Shown one piece after another: positions 17,724 through 27,463 of a DNA stretch of 31,510 nucleotides. The translations under genes were made by a program, and so were the position numbers. Position 1 is the stretch's first letter. Each line of letters starts with the position of its first letter. Source of the stretch: a bacterium (lineage in GTDB: Bacteria; UBP14; UBA6098; JBAMLU01); NCBI GenBank assembly GCA_039793385.1, contig JBAMLU010000055.1:1-31510 (forward strand), given 5' to 3'. The notes under the pieces are model-generated. The model was not told where the DNA came from, made no database searches, and worked only from the letters and a program-made list of their open reading frames with translations.

Positions 17724-19459
17724 CTTGGCTTGATAACCTCCTTGAACCATTTCCTTATGTTATTAACCACATTTGATGAAACCTCATATATATAAGGTTG
17801 CTTTTCAACATAGGCGTAGTAGTATGGTCCTTTTTCCTTCCCGATTTTTACCTCCACCCGTTCTGCTGATGTTGTTCCAATTGCAATTGTTATCGATGGC
17901 TTCTCTAATCCATATTCAGATTTAGGTTTGTCAAGAGCTCTTTTCGTATAGAACTGTAAGTTCTTGAACTGACTAAGCAGGTCTGTGAGTTCTTTTAAGT
18001 CCTCTATCCGAATATTTTTAGGTGAAACAAGGCTCCATTGTTTTTCGGGCGAGCTCACAAGCTTATACACAACACCATCAGAATCAGCAAGCTCAATTGT
18101 AGCGATTTCATCCGTCCTTATTGGGAAAATCTTTCTCTCGATGAAATAACTCGCCCCCCGGCCAGTGTAATCTAAAATCCTTGCAGGCACAAGGAATATC
18201 TCATCTCTACCGCTCAATTGAGCATATGCGTGCGTTTCGTCCTTTTTGTTCCCTAAAAAAAGATGTTCGCTTTTCGCCGTATCAGGACCAAAAAAGCGGA
18301 TAAATCTCTTATCAGAAACCTTTTTCCTATCGAATTTCAAGAAAGAATCGACAATTGAACCTGTTATATCTGATATAAGCATAGATACCTTAGATTCATC
18401 TGCAAGCAATGTTTCTGGTTTAACTATTTTCCATTTGTTGTTGAGCTTCACCATAGCAAGCGATACCGTATCACCTTGAATTTCAATCCTTTCTGGCGAT
18501 GTTATTTCGAATAGTTTTCTCGACCTGAAATCATCAACAGGCTTTAGAATGGCTTCAATCATAGATTTTTGAACAGCAAACACCGGGAGCATCTCGGGAT
18601 TGTAAACGTGGTATAGTTCTTTGTTATCAGCAACTTGATTCCCGAGGATAAGCGTTTTTTGTTTCCCCCCTATTGTCCACAGGTTAACATATGCAAGTGG
18701 TGATGTAAACCCATATTTGGCGAAGCCTGATGTATCCTCAGCGACGAATTTCTGGGCTCGGGCTGATGTTAAATCGGAAAGGAGCCTCGAAACATATTCA
18801 TCATTAGCTTTGTCCTTTATAGGTGAACCTATACGCCAAATACCAGTGGAATCCTTATAAACTTCCAAAGTAGCATCCTTCCTTTTAATAGTAAACTTCT
18901 GTACCTCGCCCGCATATATATCGATTATCCTTTTATCGCGGAACTCTGTAAGAGACTTGTTGAATTGGTTATAGATATTATCCTGAATTAGCCTCAGCCC
19001 TTTCGAGTGTGATGATATAGCGTAGTAATTGTTTCCTGTTGGAACAGGGTCACCGAGCTGGAGCATATAAGTTGAATCGTTAGCGAGTTTAATTTTGATA
19101 GTAAGAGATGGTGGATTGAGACCATATTCATCTAAATTCATCGCAGAATCCATTATCGTTTTTACCCATTTCGAATCGTACAATGTCTGGACCAAGGAGT
19201 TCATAACCCCCTGGTCGGCGAGGTATGTTATAGGTGATATTATTTGCCAGTTGCCAGTCGAGTCTTTAACAATAGTGGTTTTGCCGAAAGCGTTATCTAT
19301 CTCAACCGTTTTAACACTCTCGGGTCGCCAGAATAAAACCTTGCTCTCGCGTTCCTCTATGAGTTTTTTCTCCTTGCTTGGCTTTATCTCAAAGAAGTAA
19401 ACGAAAACAAAGAGAAGCACAAAGATGATAGCCAGTATTACTGTTCTCAAAGCTTTCAT
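17720..19459 (-). CDS. DUF4340 domain protein with four tandem repeats
   Basis: N-terminal membrane anchor; four ~130-aa units, each with W-x4-P (WQIISP, WRIGSP, WKIVKP, WSLVSP) and an xx(L/I)G strand; YG(L/F)xxP in three of the four. Confidence 0.8.
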   Translation of the reverse strand: MKALRTVILAIIFVLLFVFVYFFEIKPSKEKKLIEERESKVLFWRPESVKTVEIDNAFGKTTIVKDSTGNWQIISPITYLADQGVMNSLVQTLYDSKWVKTIMDSAMNLDEYGLNPPSLTIKIKLANDSTYMLQLGDPVPTGNNYYAISSHSKGLRLIQDNIYNQFNKSLTEFRDKRIIDIYAGEVQKFTIKRKDATLEVYKDSTGIWRIGSPIKDKANDEYVSRLLSDLTSARAQKFVAEDTSGFAKYGFTSPLAYVNLWTIGGKQKTLILGNQVADNKELYHVYNPEMLPVFAVQKSMIEAILKPVDDFRSRKLFEITSPERIEIQGDTVSLAMVKLNNKWKIVKPETLLADESKVSMLISDITGSIVDSFLKFDRKKVSDKRFIRFFGPDTAKSEHLFLGNKKDETHAYAQLSGRDEIFLVPARILDYTGRGASYFIERKIFPIRTDEIATIELADSDGVVYKLVSSPEKQWSLVSPKNIRIEDLKELTDLLSQFKNLQFYTKRALDKPKSEYGLEKPSITIAIGTTSAERVEVKIGKEKGPYYYAYVEKQPYIYEVSSNVVNNIRKWFKEVIKPR

Positions 19460-19460
19460 T

Positions 19461-20993
19461 TTAACCTCGCCTTCTCCACCAGACTATTCCGCTTGTGAGA
19501 AGTGCGCAAGCGGGAAGAATAACAATTAAAAGATAAAGGATGAGTTTTTGTGTTCTTGCGGTTAATGTTATTCGCCTATCTTCTTCCTCAACAGGGCGTA
19601 TTCCTATCCGTTCTTCCTCAAGGACAAGCCAGCTTATGGAATTCATAAAGAGGTCCTTGTTTCCAGAGAATTTGTAATAGGTGTTTGATGGAAAGTCAGC
19701 ATCACCGAAAGCCACTATCCTTGTTTCCTTCTTTTCTGTTGAAAGTTTCTGTGCGCTAACCGCAACCGCAACAGGTCCGGGTGTATCTTTCCCTTTATCC
19801 ATCGCTATTTTCTTTGTTCTATAATCGATCTCACCCCAGCTTTGTGGACTTGTTCGTGCTAATTCAACAACAGAGTATCCTTTAGTATCGTCAGCCTTTT
19901 TTAAAGACCTTGTTGTAGGGAAAAGCGTCGCCACATTGAAATCCTTCGTTATCGGGCTGAACGCATCGTATGAACCGACTATAGGCATAAGTTCATTCGT
20001 TCCAAAAAGGATTCCCGCCCCAGAAACATCAACAACAATATCATCATTTACCTTAATCCCGTAGTTCGAAAGCCAATTAGCGAGTGTATCGAGGTCTCCC
20101 GGTTCAAATAGGACGAGAAGCTTTCCACCATTTTCAAGATATTCGTCAAGTTTCTTTAACTCTGCGGTAGTGTAGTCGTATTGTGGCGCCGCAATAACAA
20201 CAAGCGATGCATCATCAGGCACTTTACCCGCATAAAGGAAAAAGAGCGTATCCACAATGAAGTTCTCGTCTGTCAGAAGTTTGGTGAGCTCAGAATAGCC
20301 ATCCTTGTCAGTCGAATACGGGCTTCTTTCTCCTTTGCCCTTTACAAAGTAAACCTTTGGCTTTGTGGTTTTAGTCGCGCGGATTATCGCATTAGTGAGG
20401 CTCTCCTCTGTAACCATATTCTCAATCTTCTCTCTTCTTTCGCCCGCTGCAACAACAACAGTATTATACGATTTAACACCAAATTCCCTTGCCTTATGAG
20501 GCTCTCTTTCGATATCTACCCTATAAATGTGTATCTTTGGAGAGTAATAGCTATATCGCCCAAGAAGCTCCATTATTCGTTCGCCTGTTTGCTCTACTCT
20601 TGGGTCACCCTTCCCTGTGAAAAGGTAGATATTTATATCCATCTTAAGATTCTTCAACTCCTTCCGTGTTTGGTCTGCAAGGCTGTAAGCCTTATTTGCT
20701 GTCGTATCGAAAGCGAATTTATGACGCGCGGAAATGAAGTTCACAACGACAAGAATCCCCAAGAATATGAGAATTAAAGCTAAAGCATTCAAACCAGATT
20801 TAGTCGCCCGACGAGTGAAAAATTCACGCTGCTCAACCAAAAAATAAATAAGATAGGCAAGCCCTAATAAAGCGCCAGCAAGAAGCGAAATCTTTGAAGA
20901 TAAAACCAACCCCTTATTTACCCAGTAAAGAATTGCTCCAACGATCAAACCTATAACACCAAGAAGTCCTATTAAAGAGAAAGTTCTTTTCAT
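19461..20993 (-). CDS. GldG-like ABC transporter auxiliary (periplasmic) component
   Basis: Three N-terminal TMs; FDTTANKAYSLADQT; KVYFVKGKGE; VIAAPQYDY..ELKKLDEYLENGGKLLVL; RIVAFGDADF.SN......GNKDLFMNSISWL; C-terminal TM. Confidence 0.85.
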   Translation of the reverse strand: MKRTFSLIGLLGVIGLIVGAILYWVNKGLVLSSKISLLAGALLGLAYLIYFLVEQREFFTRRATKSGLNALALILIFLGILVVVNFISARHKFAFDTTANKAYSLADQTRKELKNLKMDINIYLFTGKGDPRVEQTGERIMELLGRYSYYSPKIHIYRVDIEREPHKAREFGVKSYNTVVVAAGERREKIENMVTEESLTNAIIRATKTTKPKVYFVKGKGERSPYSTDKDGYSELTKLLTDENFIVDTLFFLYAGKVPDDASLVVIAAPQYDYTTAELKKLDEYLENGGKLLVLFEPGDLDTLANWLSNYGIKVNDDIVVDVSGAGILFGTNELMPIVGSYDAFSPITKDFNVATLFPTTRSLKKADDTKGYSVVELARTSPQSWGEIDYRTKKIAMDKGKDTPGPVAVAVSAQKLSTEKKETRIVAFGDADFPSNTYYKFSGNKDLFMNSISWLVLEEERIGIRPVEEEDRRITLTARTQKLILYLLIVILPACALLTSGIVWWRRRG

Positions 20994-20994
20994 T

Positions 20995-21777
20995 TTATCC
21001 CCTCCATCTCCAACTTTCTACTGCTTGTCCTGTAAGGAATAATCCCAATGCAGTAAAGGAAAGGAAGTAGATTATTCCTGATGTATCGATTACACCTCTT
21101 ATGAACCTTGTTAGGTGTGATGATAGTGATAGATAGTCGAGGGTTGTTGCGATCCATCCGCCTGAAACGATCGATGCCCAGTTAACAACCCAAAGAACGA
21201 GAAGCAAAGCAAATGATATTATAGCTGAAAGGATTTGATTTTCTGTTAGGGCTGATATAAAAAGTCCAAGTGCGACAAAAACCGCTCCCATAAGCGCAAA
21301 TCCAAGATAGCCCGAAAGAATTGGCAGTATATCTGGTTTTCCAAGCAAGATGAGTATCAACTGATATATAAATGTAAATGCAAGCATAACAAGGAACATT
21401 GTATATGCGGAGAGAAATTTTGCTGCGATCAATGAGGTGTTCGTTATGGGGGATGTTATAAGAAGTTCAAGGGTACCGAGCCGCTTCTCCTCAGAAAAGG
21501 AGCGCATCGTCACAAGCGGTATAAGAAAAAGCGATATTACCGCAAGATTATAGAAGAAAGGCTGAACGACCCAGACATTCACATTCATAGGTTGTGGCAT
21601 CCTCCTATACATCTGCGCAATCTGCACGCTCTGAATACAGGCAAGCGAAAAATATGATAGAATGTTATAGAAAAAGAAGCCGGTAAAAAAAAGGAATGCC
21701 GCAAGAATGATATAAGCAAGTGGTGTAGAGAAGTAGCTTTTGAGTTCCTTTCTCCAAATAGCCCATAATGCTCTCAT
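20995..21777 (-). CDS. ABC-2 type permease, GldF-like
   Basis: KELKSYFSTPLAY; LIPLVTMRSFSEEKRLGTLELLITSP; about 6 TM helices; RGVIDTSGIIYFLS. Confidence 0.9.
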   Translation of the reverse strand: MRALWAIWRKELKSYFSTPLAYIILAAFLFFTGFFFYNILSYFSLACIQSVQIAQMYRRMPQPMNVNVWVVQPFFYNLAVISLFLIPLVTMRSFSEEKRLGTLELLITSPITNTSLIAAKFLSAYTMFLVMLAFTFIYQLILILLGKPDILPILSGYLGFALMGAVFVALGLFISALTENQILSAIISFALLLVLWVVNWASIVSGGWIATTLDYLSLSSHLTRFIRGVIDTSGIIYFLSFTALGLFLTGQAVESWRWRG

Positions 21778-22727
21778 TGTTCCACCCCTTCCTCCATCGT
21801 TATAAGGTGTAAAAAAACCTCCTCAAGGCTCACACCAACCGGAGTGAGTTCGTACAAATCCCATTTTCTAAAGATAATAAATCTTGAAAGATCAGCTCGA
21901 ATATCAACATCCTTTTCGGTTTCAACAAGAAAAGTTGTTCCTTTCGATATCCCTTCATTAAAAATTCTTACTGATTTAACTTCTGTGAAGTTTTCGAGTT
22001 CTTTTTTCATTGTTTCAGGGTTATCGCCACCAAGTGTAATTCTAAGAGTATGTGTTCCTTTTAGCTTCTTTGCGAGTTCCTCTGGTGTATCCTCAGCTAT
22101 GATTTTCCCTTTATGGATTATAAGTACTCTGTCGCAAGTTACGCTCACCTCAGGAAGTATATGTGTAGAAAGCATAATTGTGTGGTCCCTGCCAAGTTCC
22201 CTTATAAGCTTCCGAACCTCAACAACTTGCTTTGGGTCAAGTCCTATTGTGGGTTCATCAAGGATGAGGATTTTGGGGTTGTGAAGGAGCGCTTGAGCTA
22301 CACCGACTCTTTGACGATACCCTTTGGATAGATGTCCGATCTGCTTGTGAATTACATCGCCAAGCTTGCATTTATCCACAACATAATCTATGCCCTCTTG
22401 CAACGATTTCTTCGGTACCTGCCGCAGTTCGCCCATAAATTTGAGATAATCAAGCACCTTCATATCTGAATAAAGCGGTGGATTCTCAGGTACATACCCT
22501 ATCTGCTTTCTAACACTGAGTGGTTCCTCAACAACATCATACCCAGCCACATAAGCCTTCCCTTCACTAGGAGGTATAAATGTTGTGAGAATTCTCATCG
22601 TTGTCGTTTTCCCTGCTCCATTAGGACCAAGGAAACCAACGATTTCTCCCTCTTTGACTGTAAAATTTATATGGTCAATCGCAACAACTGGACCATATCT
22701 TTTTGTTAGCCCGTCAACCTCTATCAA
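21774..22727 (-). CDS. ABC transporter ATP-binding protein, GldA-like
   Basis: TTG start after GGGGGA; Walker A GPNGAGKT; signature LSKGYRQR; ILDEPTIGLDP; STHILPEV. Confidence 0.93.
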   Translation of the reverse strand: MIEVDGLTKRYGPVVAIDHINFTVKEGEIVGFLGPNGAGKTTTMRILTTFIPPSEGKAYVAGYDVVEEPLSVRKQIGYVPENPPLYSDMKVLDYLKFMGELRQVPKKSLQEGIDYVVDKCKLGDVIHKQIGHLSKGYRQRVGVAQALLHNPKILILDEPTIGLDPKQVVEVRKLIRELGRDHTIMLSTHILPEVSVTCDRVLIIHKGKIIAEDTPEELAKKLKGTHTLRITLGGDNPETMKKELENFTEVKSVRIFNEGISKGTTFLVETEKDVDIRADLSRFIIFRKWDLYELTPVGVSLEEVFLHLITMEEGVEQ

Positions 22728-22754
22728 TCTTCCCCCTTTCTATTAAGGATTGGT

Positions 22755-24218
22755 TTAATCGACTCTCACAGGGATATAAAATACATTAGCGTCCCGTTTT
22801 ATCAAGAAAAGATTTATTGGGCGAAGCGACGCTGTAGCTCGGCTGAAACTTTCGTAGTTTGTGGTTCTTATTCCGTTTATTTCAAGGATAATATCGCCAT
22901 CACGAAGCCCAGCTTTTTGTGCAGGAGAACCGGGTTCAACCGACTTTATAATCATTCCACCTGATACACCATAGTTATCCGCTTGATAGGGCGAAAGTGG
23001 CGAAACGCTTATACCAAGCTTCTTTTTCGTCTCTTTTGATGGTTCCTCTTTTTGTGCCACTCTCTCTTCAGATGGAAGCTCTCCGAGAACCGCCTGAATA
23101 TTCCTCCTCGAGCCATCTCTTATAACTGTGAGGTTTACAGTTGTGCCGGGTTTCTTAAGTGCTATATTGTTTCTAAAATCTGAGCCATTAACAAATTCCT
23201 TTCCATCAAGCTCTATTATAACATCACCCTGCTTTAGCCCAGCCTTTTCCGCAGGGGAATCACTTAACACCTCACTTATTATAACCCCTTTTGCCTCTTT
23301 AAGCCCAATAGCCTGCGCAATGTCATCAGTAACATCCTGGATTCGCACGCCCAACCATCCTCTAACAACCTTGCCCTTGGTGATAATCATCTCCATCACC
23401 TGCTTAGCCATATTCACGGGGATAGCAAATCCGATTCCCTGGTAGCCACCGGATGATGAAGCTATTGCTGTATTGATGCCGATAAGCTCACCTTTGAGAT
23501 TGACAAGCGCACCACCTGAATTGCCGGGGTTTATTGCGGCGTCTGTCTGAAGGAAATCCTCATAATCGGCAATGCCGACCCGTGAACGCCCCTTTGCGGA
23601 TATTATTCCGAGCGTTGATGTATGCTCAAGCTCGAATGGGCTCCCTATCGCTATCACCCACTCACCAACCTCAAGGGAATCGGAATCCCCCATTCTAACA
23701 GCCTTAAAATTTTCGCCCTCTATTTTAAGTACCGCCAGATCTGTTTTTGCATCGCTACCTATAAGCTTTGCATCGTAGAACTTATTCTCCACCCTAACCT
23801 TTATCTCCTGTGCACCTGCAATAACATGATTATTCGTCAAAATATACCCATCTGAAGAAACTATTACCCCACTTCCAAGCCCGCGTTGCTTGTATTCCTG
23901 TTCCCGCCGAGGACCAAATCCGAAAGGCGACTCAAAAAATGGCGAGAAGAAAAAGAAATCATCAAACCCGGGTATCTCTACCTTAACTACCTTTGTGCTT
24001 GTTATTGTCACAACTGAGGGCGTGACCTCTTTTATAACCTTTGAAATATTCTCTGTTGTTGGAAGAGGTTTACCGTTTTCATCGAGCTTTTCCTGGGTTT
24101 CAATACTTACGGCAGGGCTCGGAAGTTTGAGGCTCGTAGAGATGGCAATGCCTATTATTAGCCCTACCAAAAGGAATACAAACGCCCCTGTTGTATATAT
24201 AAACCTACGCCCTTTCAT
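22755..24218 (-). CDS. degP: Do/DegP-family serine endoprotease with two PDZ domains
   Basis: Catalytic triad TNNHV / KTDLAV / GNSGG; N-terminal TM; RGWLGV and KKLGISV PDZ starts; SD AGGAGG. Confidence 0.93.
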   Translation of the reverse strand: MKGRRFIYTTGAFVFLLVGLIIGIAISTSLKLPSPAVSIETQEKLDENGKPLPTTENISKVIKEVTPSVVTITSTKVVKVEIPGFDDFFFFSPFFESPFGFGPRREQEYKQRGLGSGVIVSSDGYILTNNHVIAGAQEIKVRVENKFYDAKLIGSDAKTDLAVLKIEGENFKAVRMGDSDSLEVGEWVIAIGSPFELEHTSTLGIISAKGRSRVGIADYEDFLQTDAAINPGNSGGALVNLKGELIGINTAIASSSGGYQGIGFAIPVNMAKQVMEMIITKGKVVRGWLGVRIQDVTDDIAQAIGLKEAKGVIISEVLSDSPAEKAGLKQGDVIIELDGKEFVNGSDFRNNIALKKPGTTVNLTVIRDGSRRNIQAVLGELPSEERVAQKEEPSKETKKKLGISVSPLSPYQADNYGVSGGMIIKSVEPGSPAQKAGLRDGDIILEINGIRTTNYESFSRATASLRPINLFLIKRDANVFYIPVRVD

Positions 24219-24585
24219 TCACACCTCCTGCTTTTTTATGTATTCTTTCTATTAAATCAAGCAAGCTCAAAAGTTCCACAGGCTTCTCCAAAAAAGCGCT
24301 TGCACCAAGCTCTTTTGCTTTTGACTCGGTTTCCCAAGCCTGATTAGCTGAGACAAGGAAAACATCTATTCCGGGCATCACAGATTTAAATCGCTTTAAA
24401 AGCTCCATCCCATTTATATCAGGAAGGTCTATATCCAAAATCACAACCTCAGGCTCCTCTTGTATGAGTTCGAGTGCCTCCTTGCCAGTTTTTGCAAGGA
24501 GACACTCATATCCGTTAGCGCGGAGGAAATCTCTCATAGTCGCTGCACTATCTATATTGTCATCAACAACCAGAACCCTAACCAT
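24205..24585 (-). CDS. Single-domain response regulator (receiver only)
   Basis: VLVVDD, ILDIDLPDINGM (phospho-Asp), LVSA and FLEKP; no output domain; overlaps the degP start by 14 nt. Confidence 0.92.
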   Translation of the reverse strand: MVRVLVVDDNIDSAATMRDFLRANGYECLLAKTGKEALELIQEEPEVVILDIDLPDINGMELLKRFKSVMPGIDVFLVSANQAWETESKAKELGASAFLEKPVELLSLLDLIERIHKKAGGVNERA

Positions 24586-24670
24586 ACCATATAAAAAATA
24601 AGCAATTTTTATGCCATTCCTGAAAAGCCCTTTTACAAGCCTTTTTTCCCATTCCCTATCATCTGGATTG

Positions 24671-24715
24671 TGTCAGACTGACAATATCACCCATTCAAAT
24701 TTGACAAAATGACAA
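24671..24715. promoter_or_regulatory. Putative operator/promoter cluster in the divergent intergenic region
   Basis: Palindrome TGTCAG-A-CTGACA (24671-24683); TGACAA at 24679, 24702 and 24710; TTGACA at 24701. Confidence 0.4.
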
Positions 24716-24762
24716 TTCAATTTGTATTGCATTATTATCCCTCATTTTTATTTTATTATACA

Positions 24763-26787
24763 ATGGATAATAAAAGGGTAAAAAGAATATTGCCGCCAGA
24801 TGTTTTCATATTCTTTTTGGGAATTTTTTTCCTGTTGCTCGTTTTCTTTTTATTTTTCAGGTTAGTATTTTTTGTAAGGAATTTTCGTGAGGCAAGAGGG
24901 ATACCGCTTTTAGTGATATTGAAAGCGTTTCTTATAGGGATGCGGTTTGATGCTGTTGTTATTTCATATTTGCTTTTTCCCTTTTACATGCTCGGGGCTT
25001 TTCCTATTTTTGGTATGCATAAATGGAAAATTAAGCGGGCGGTATTATATGGAATTATGCTTGTCGTTTTTGCTTTTGTGTTGTTCCTTTTGCTCGTTGA
25101 TGTTGAATTTTACAGGGAATTTGGTAGCAGGCTCAATCTTTTTGCTGTGGAGTATATCGACCAGTTTGGGGTCATTGTTGATATGATATGGCATTCTTAC
25201 CCTGTCTGGGCATATCTTATATTTTTCTTGGCGATTGTGGTTTTGTTTGCGGTCATTTTCTTCAGAGTTGCCGGGCTTGCTTTCGGCAAGCTTGCCGGAG
25301 GAGGATTATTTGGAAGAACACTCTTTTTTATTCTCGGATTGGCTCTTTTATTTGTTGGTGCAAGGGGCAGAGTAGGTCTTGCACCTATAAATTGGGGAAC
25401 TGCGTATTTCAGCCGCTATGAATATGCCAATCAACTTGCGCTAAATGGTCCTTATACGCTTGGCTGGTCTATAGTTCGTGAGAAAAAGGAGAACGACCCA
25501 CGCTGGCTTAGTAAACTCGTATATATGCCGATGGATGAGGCAATAGATATATGTTCGAATATGGTTGCAACAAAGTCCGATAGTTTCGTTGAGCCTGGTG
25601 TTTCGCTAAAAAGACGCTCCCTTCCGTCAAAAGTTTTGGATATTCCTTTTGAGCCCAATATAATCGTGATTCTTCTTGAAAGCTGGCAAGCAAGGCTTGT
25701 TGGCGCATATGGATCTACACTTGGGCTAACACCTAATTTCGATTCGCTCGCAAAGGATGGCATCATTTTCGAAAATATGTATGCAACCGGCGTAAGGACG
25801 AATCGCGGGCTCGTTTCTGTGCTATGCTCATTCCCAAGTCAACCAGGACTTACTATTATGAAAAAATTCAACGCAAAAAGGGCTTTTAAATCCCTTCCCA
25901 AACTCCTTAAGGAAAGAGGATATAACACGATTCTCGTTTATGGTGGTGATTTGAAGTTTGACAATATTGAAGGTTTCTTCCGTAGTGAGGGTGTGGAAAA
26001 ATTCGTTGGAAAGGACGATTTCCATCCCTCACAATCTCTTGGCAAATGGGGAGTTCCTGATCACATTGTTTTTGACAGGGCGAACGAGGAATTCTTGAAG
26101 TTCGGTTCGAAGCCTTTTTTGGGGATAATCATAACGCTAAGCAATCATCCGCCAAATTTGCTTCCAGATTCATCGTTTATGAAATTTGGTCCTGAGGTTA
26201 AGGAGTATAAGGATTTGAACTCATTTTATTATTCAGATTGGTCGCTCGGACGATTTTTCAGGATGGCAAGAAATGAGAGATATTTTAAAAGGAGCATATT
26301 TGTTCTTGTGGCTGACCACGGGAGACGAAGTGAAGGGATGAATGAGATGGCACCTGAGCGGTTTAAGATTGCCGGTTTGATTTATGCCCCTGAAATTCTA
26401 AAAGGAATTGCTCCAATGCGTATAGAGAAGATTACAAGTCAAGTGGATATTATCCCTACTATAATGGGAATTCTTGGTAAACCATACATTCATGAATCCT
26501 GGGGTCGAGATATATTTTCGCTCGATTCGCTTGATGATGGTTTCGCAATTATGATCGACGGAAACAAATTAGGTTATATTCGCCAGCAATTTTATTTCCT
26601 GGAATATATTGGCGCGAGATATTACCTTTACGATTTATCCATCGACCCCGAGCTTAAAAATGATATTTCAGATATTGAATTTCAGATTGTGGAGAAAATG
26701 AGGACAGAAGCGCGGGCTTACATTCAATGCAGCGTATTCCTTACAAAGCCCACCCTTGATAATTTGAGGTTCTCAGATGAAAGATGA
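24763..26787 (+). CDS. LTA synthase family (alkaline phosphatase/sulfatase superfamily) membrane protein
   Basis: About 5 N-terminal TMs; PNIIVILLESW; ATGVRTNRG (catalytic Thr); TLSNHPP; ADHG; SQVDIIPT. Start set at ATG 24763; the ORF-track start at 24709 runs through the promoter-like region. Confidence 0.85.
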   Translation: MDNKRVKRILPPDVFIFFLGIFFLLLVFFLFFRLVFFVRNFREARGIPLLVILKAFLIGMRFDAVVISYLLFPFYMLGAFPIFGMHKWKIKRAVLYGIMLVVFAFVLFLLLVDVEFYREFGSRLNLFAVEYIDQFGVIVDMIWHSYPVWAYLIFFLAIVVLFAVIFFRVAGLAFGKLAGGGLFGRTLFFILGLALLFVGARGRVGLAPINWGTAYFSRYEYANQLALNGPYTLGWSIVREKKENDPRWLSKLVYMPMDEAIDICSNMVATKSDSFVEPGVSLKRRSLPSKVLDIPFEPNIIVILLESWQARLVGAYGSTLGLTPNFDSLAKDGIIFENMYATGVRTNRGLVSVLCSFPSQPGLTIMKKFNAKRAFKSLPKLLKERGYNTILVYGGDLKFDNIEGFFRSEGVEKFVGKDDFHPSQSLGKWGVPDHIVFDRANEEFLKFGSKPFLGIIITLSNHPPNLLPDSSFMKFGPEVKEYKDLNSFYYSDWSLGRFFRMARNERYFKRSIFVLVADHGRRSEGMNEMAPERFKIAGLIYAPEILKGIAPMRIEKITSQVDIIPTIMGILGKPYIHESWGRDIFSLDSLDDGFAIMIDGNKLGYIRQQFYFLEYIGARYYLYDLSIDPELKNDISDIEFQIVEKMRTEARAYIQCSVFLTKPTLDNLRFSDER

Positions 26788-27457
26788 GATTATATTAAGG
26801 TTTATTGATGTTTCAAAAATATACAGTGGGAACTGGGTAGCACTTTCTAACATAACTTTTGAAGTTCGACAGGGGGAGTTTCTCTTTCTTATAGGTCCAA
26901 GCGGAGCAGGGAAAACAACGCTTTTAAAAACCATATATCTCGCGGAGTTCCCCGATACTGGTAAGCTATGGTTTCTTGGGTTTTCGTCAGACAATATAAC
27001 GGAAAAAGATATACCATATATCAGGCGACGAATTGGTATTGTATTTCAGGATTTCAAACTCCTCGAGTACAAAACAGCATACGAAAATATTGAGATTCCG
27101 CTTATAGTTCGTGGTGTGAGGCGGAAAGAGAGAAGAGAAAGAACAATGGCAATACTTTGTGAGCTTGGTCTTGTTGAGAAGGCATGCCTTTTTCCTCATC
27201 AACTTTCCGGGGGTGAAAAGCAAAGGGTCGCTATAGGTCGAGCGCTTGCAAACTCACCAGTACTGCTTCTTGCCGATGAACCTACAGGAAATCTTGATCC
27301 TGTCACAAGCGAGGAGATTATGGATATACTCGTAAAAATAAACAGGAGAGGCACAGCAGTTATTATGGCTACTCATAATATGAACATAGTTGAGGAGCGC
27401 GGCGGGAGAAAACTTGTGCTTGAAAAAGGCAGAATCGTTGCCGATATAAAAGGATAA
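26777..27457 (+). CDS. ftsE: Cell division ATP-binding protein FtsE
   Basis: GPSGAGKT; IPYIRRRIGIVFQDFKLL; LSGGEKQRVAIGRA; ADEPTGNLDP; MATHN; followed by ftsX. Confidence 0.93.
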   Translation: MKDEIILRFIDVSKIYSGNWVALSNITFEVRQGEFLFLIGPSGAGKTTLLKTIYLAEFPDTGKLWFLGFSSDNITEKDIPYIRRRIGIVFQDFKLLEYKTAYENIEIPLIVRGVRRKERRERTMAILCELGLVEKACLFPHQLSGGEKQRVAIGRALANSPVLLLADEPTGNLDPVTSEEIMDILVKINRRGTAVIMATHNMNIVEERGGRKLVLEKGRIVADIKG

Positions 27458-27463
27458 AACTAA

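Noticed and set aside
19461-22727. Calling the ABC genes gldA/gldF/gldG as evidence of gliding motility
   Set aside because: This ABC family is widespread in non-gliding bacteria and no other gld/spr genes are in the window.
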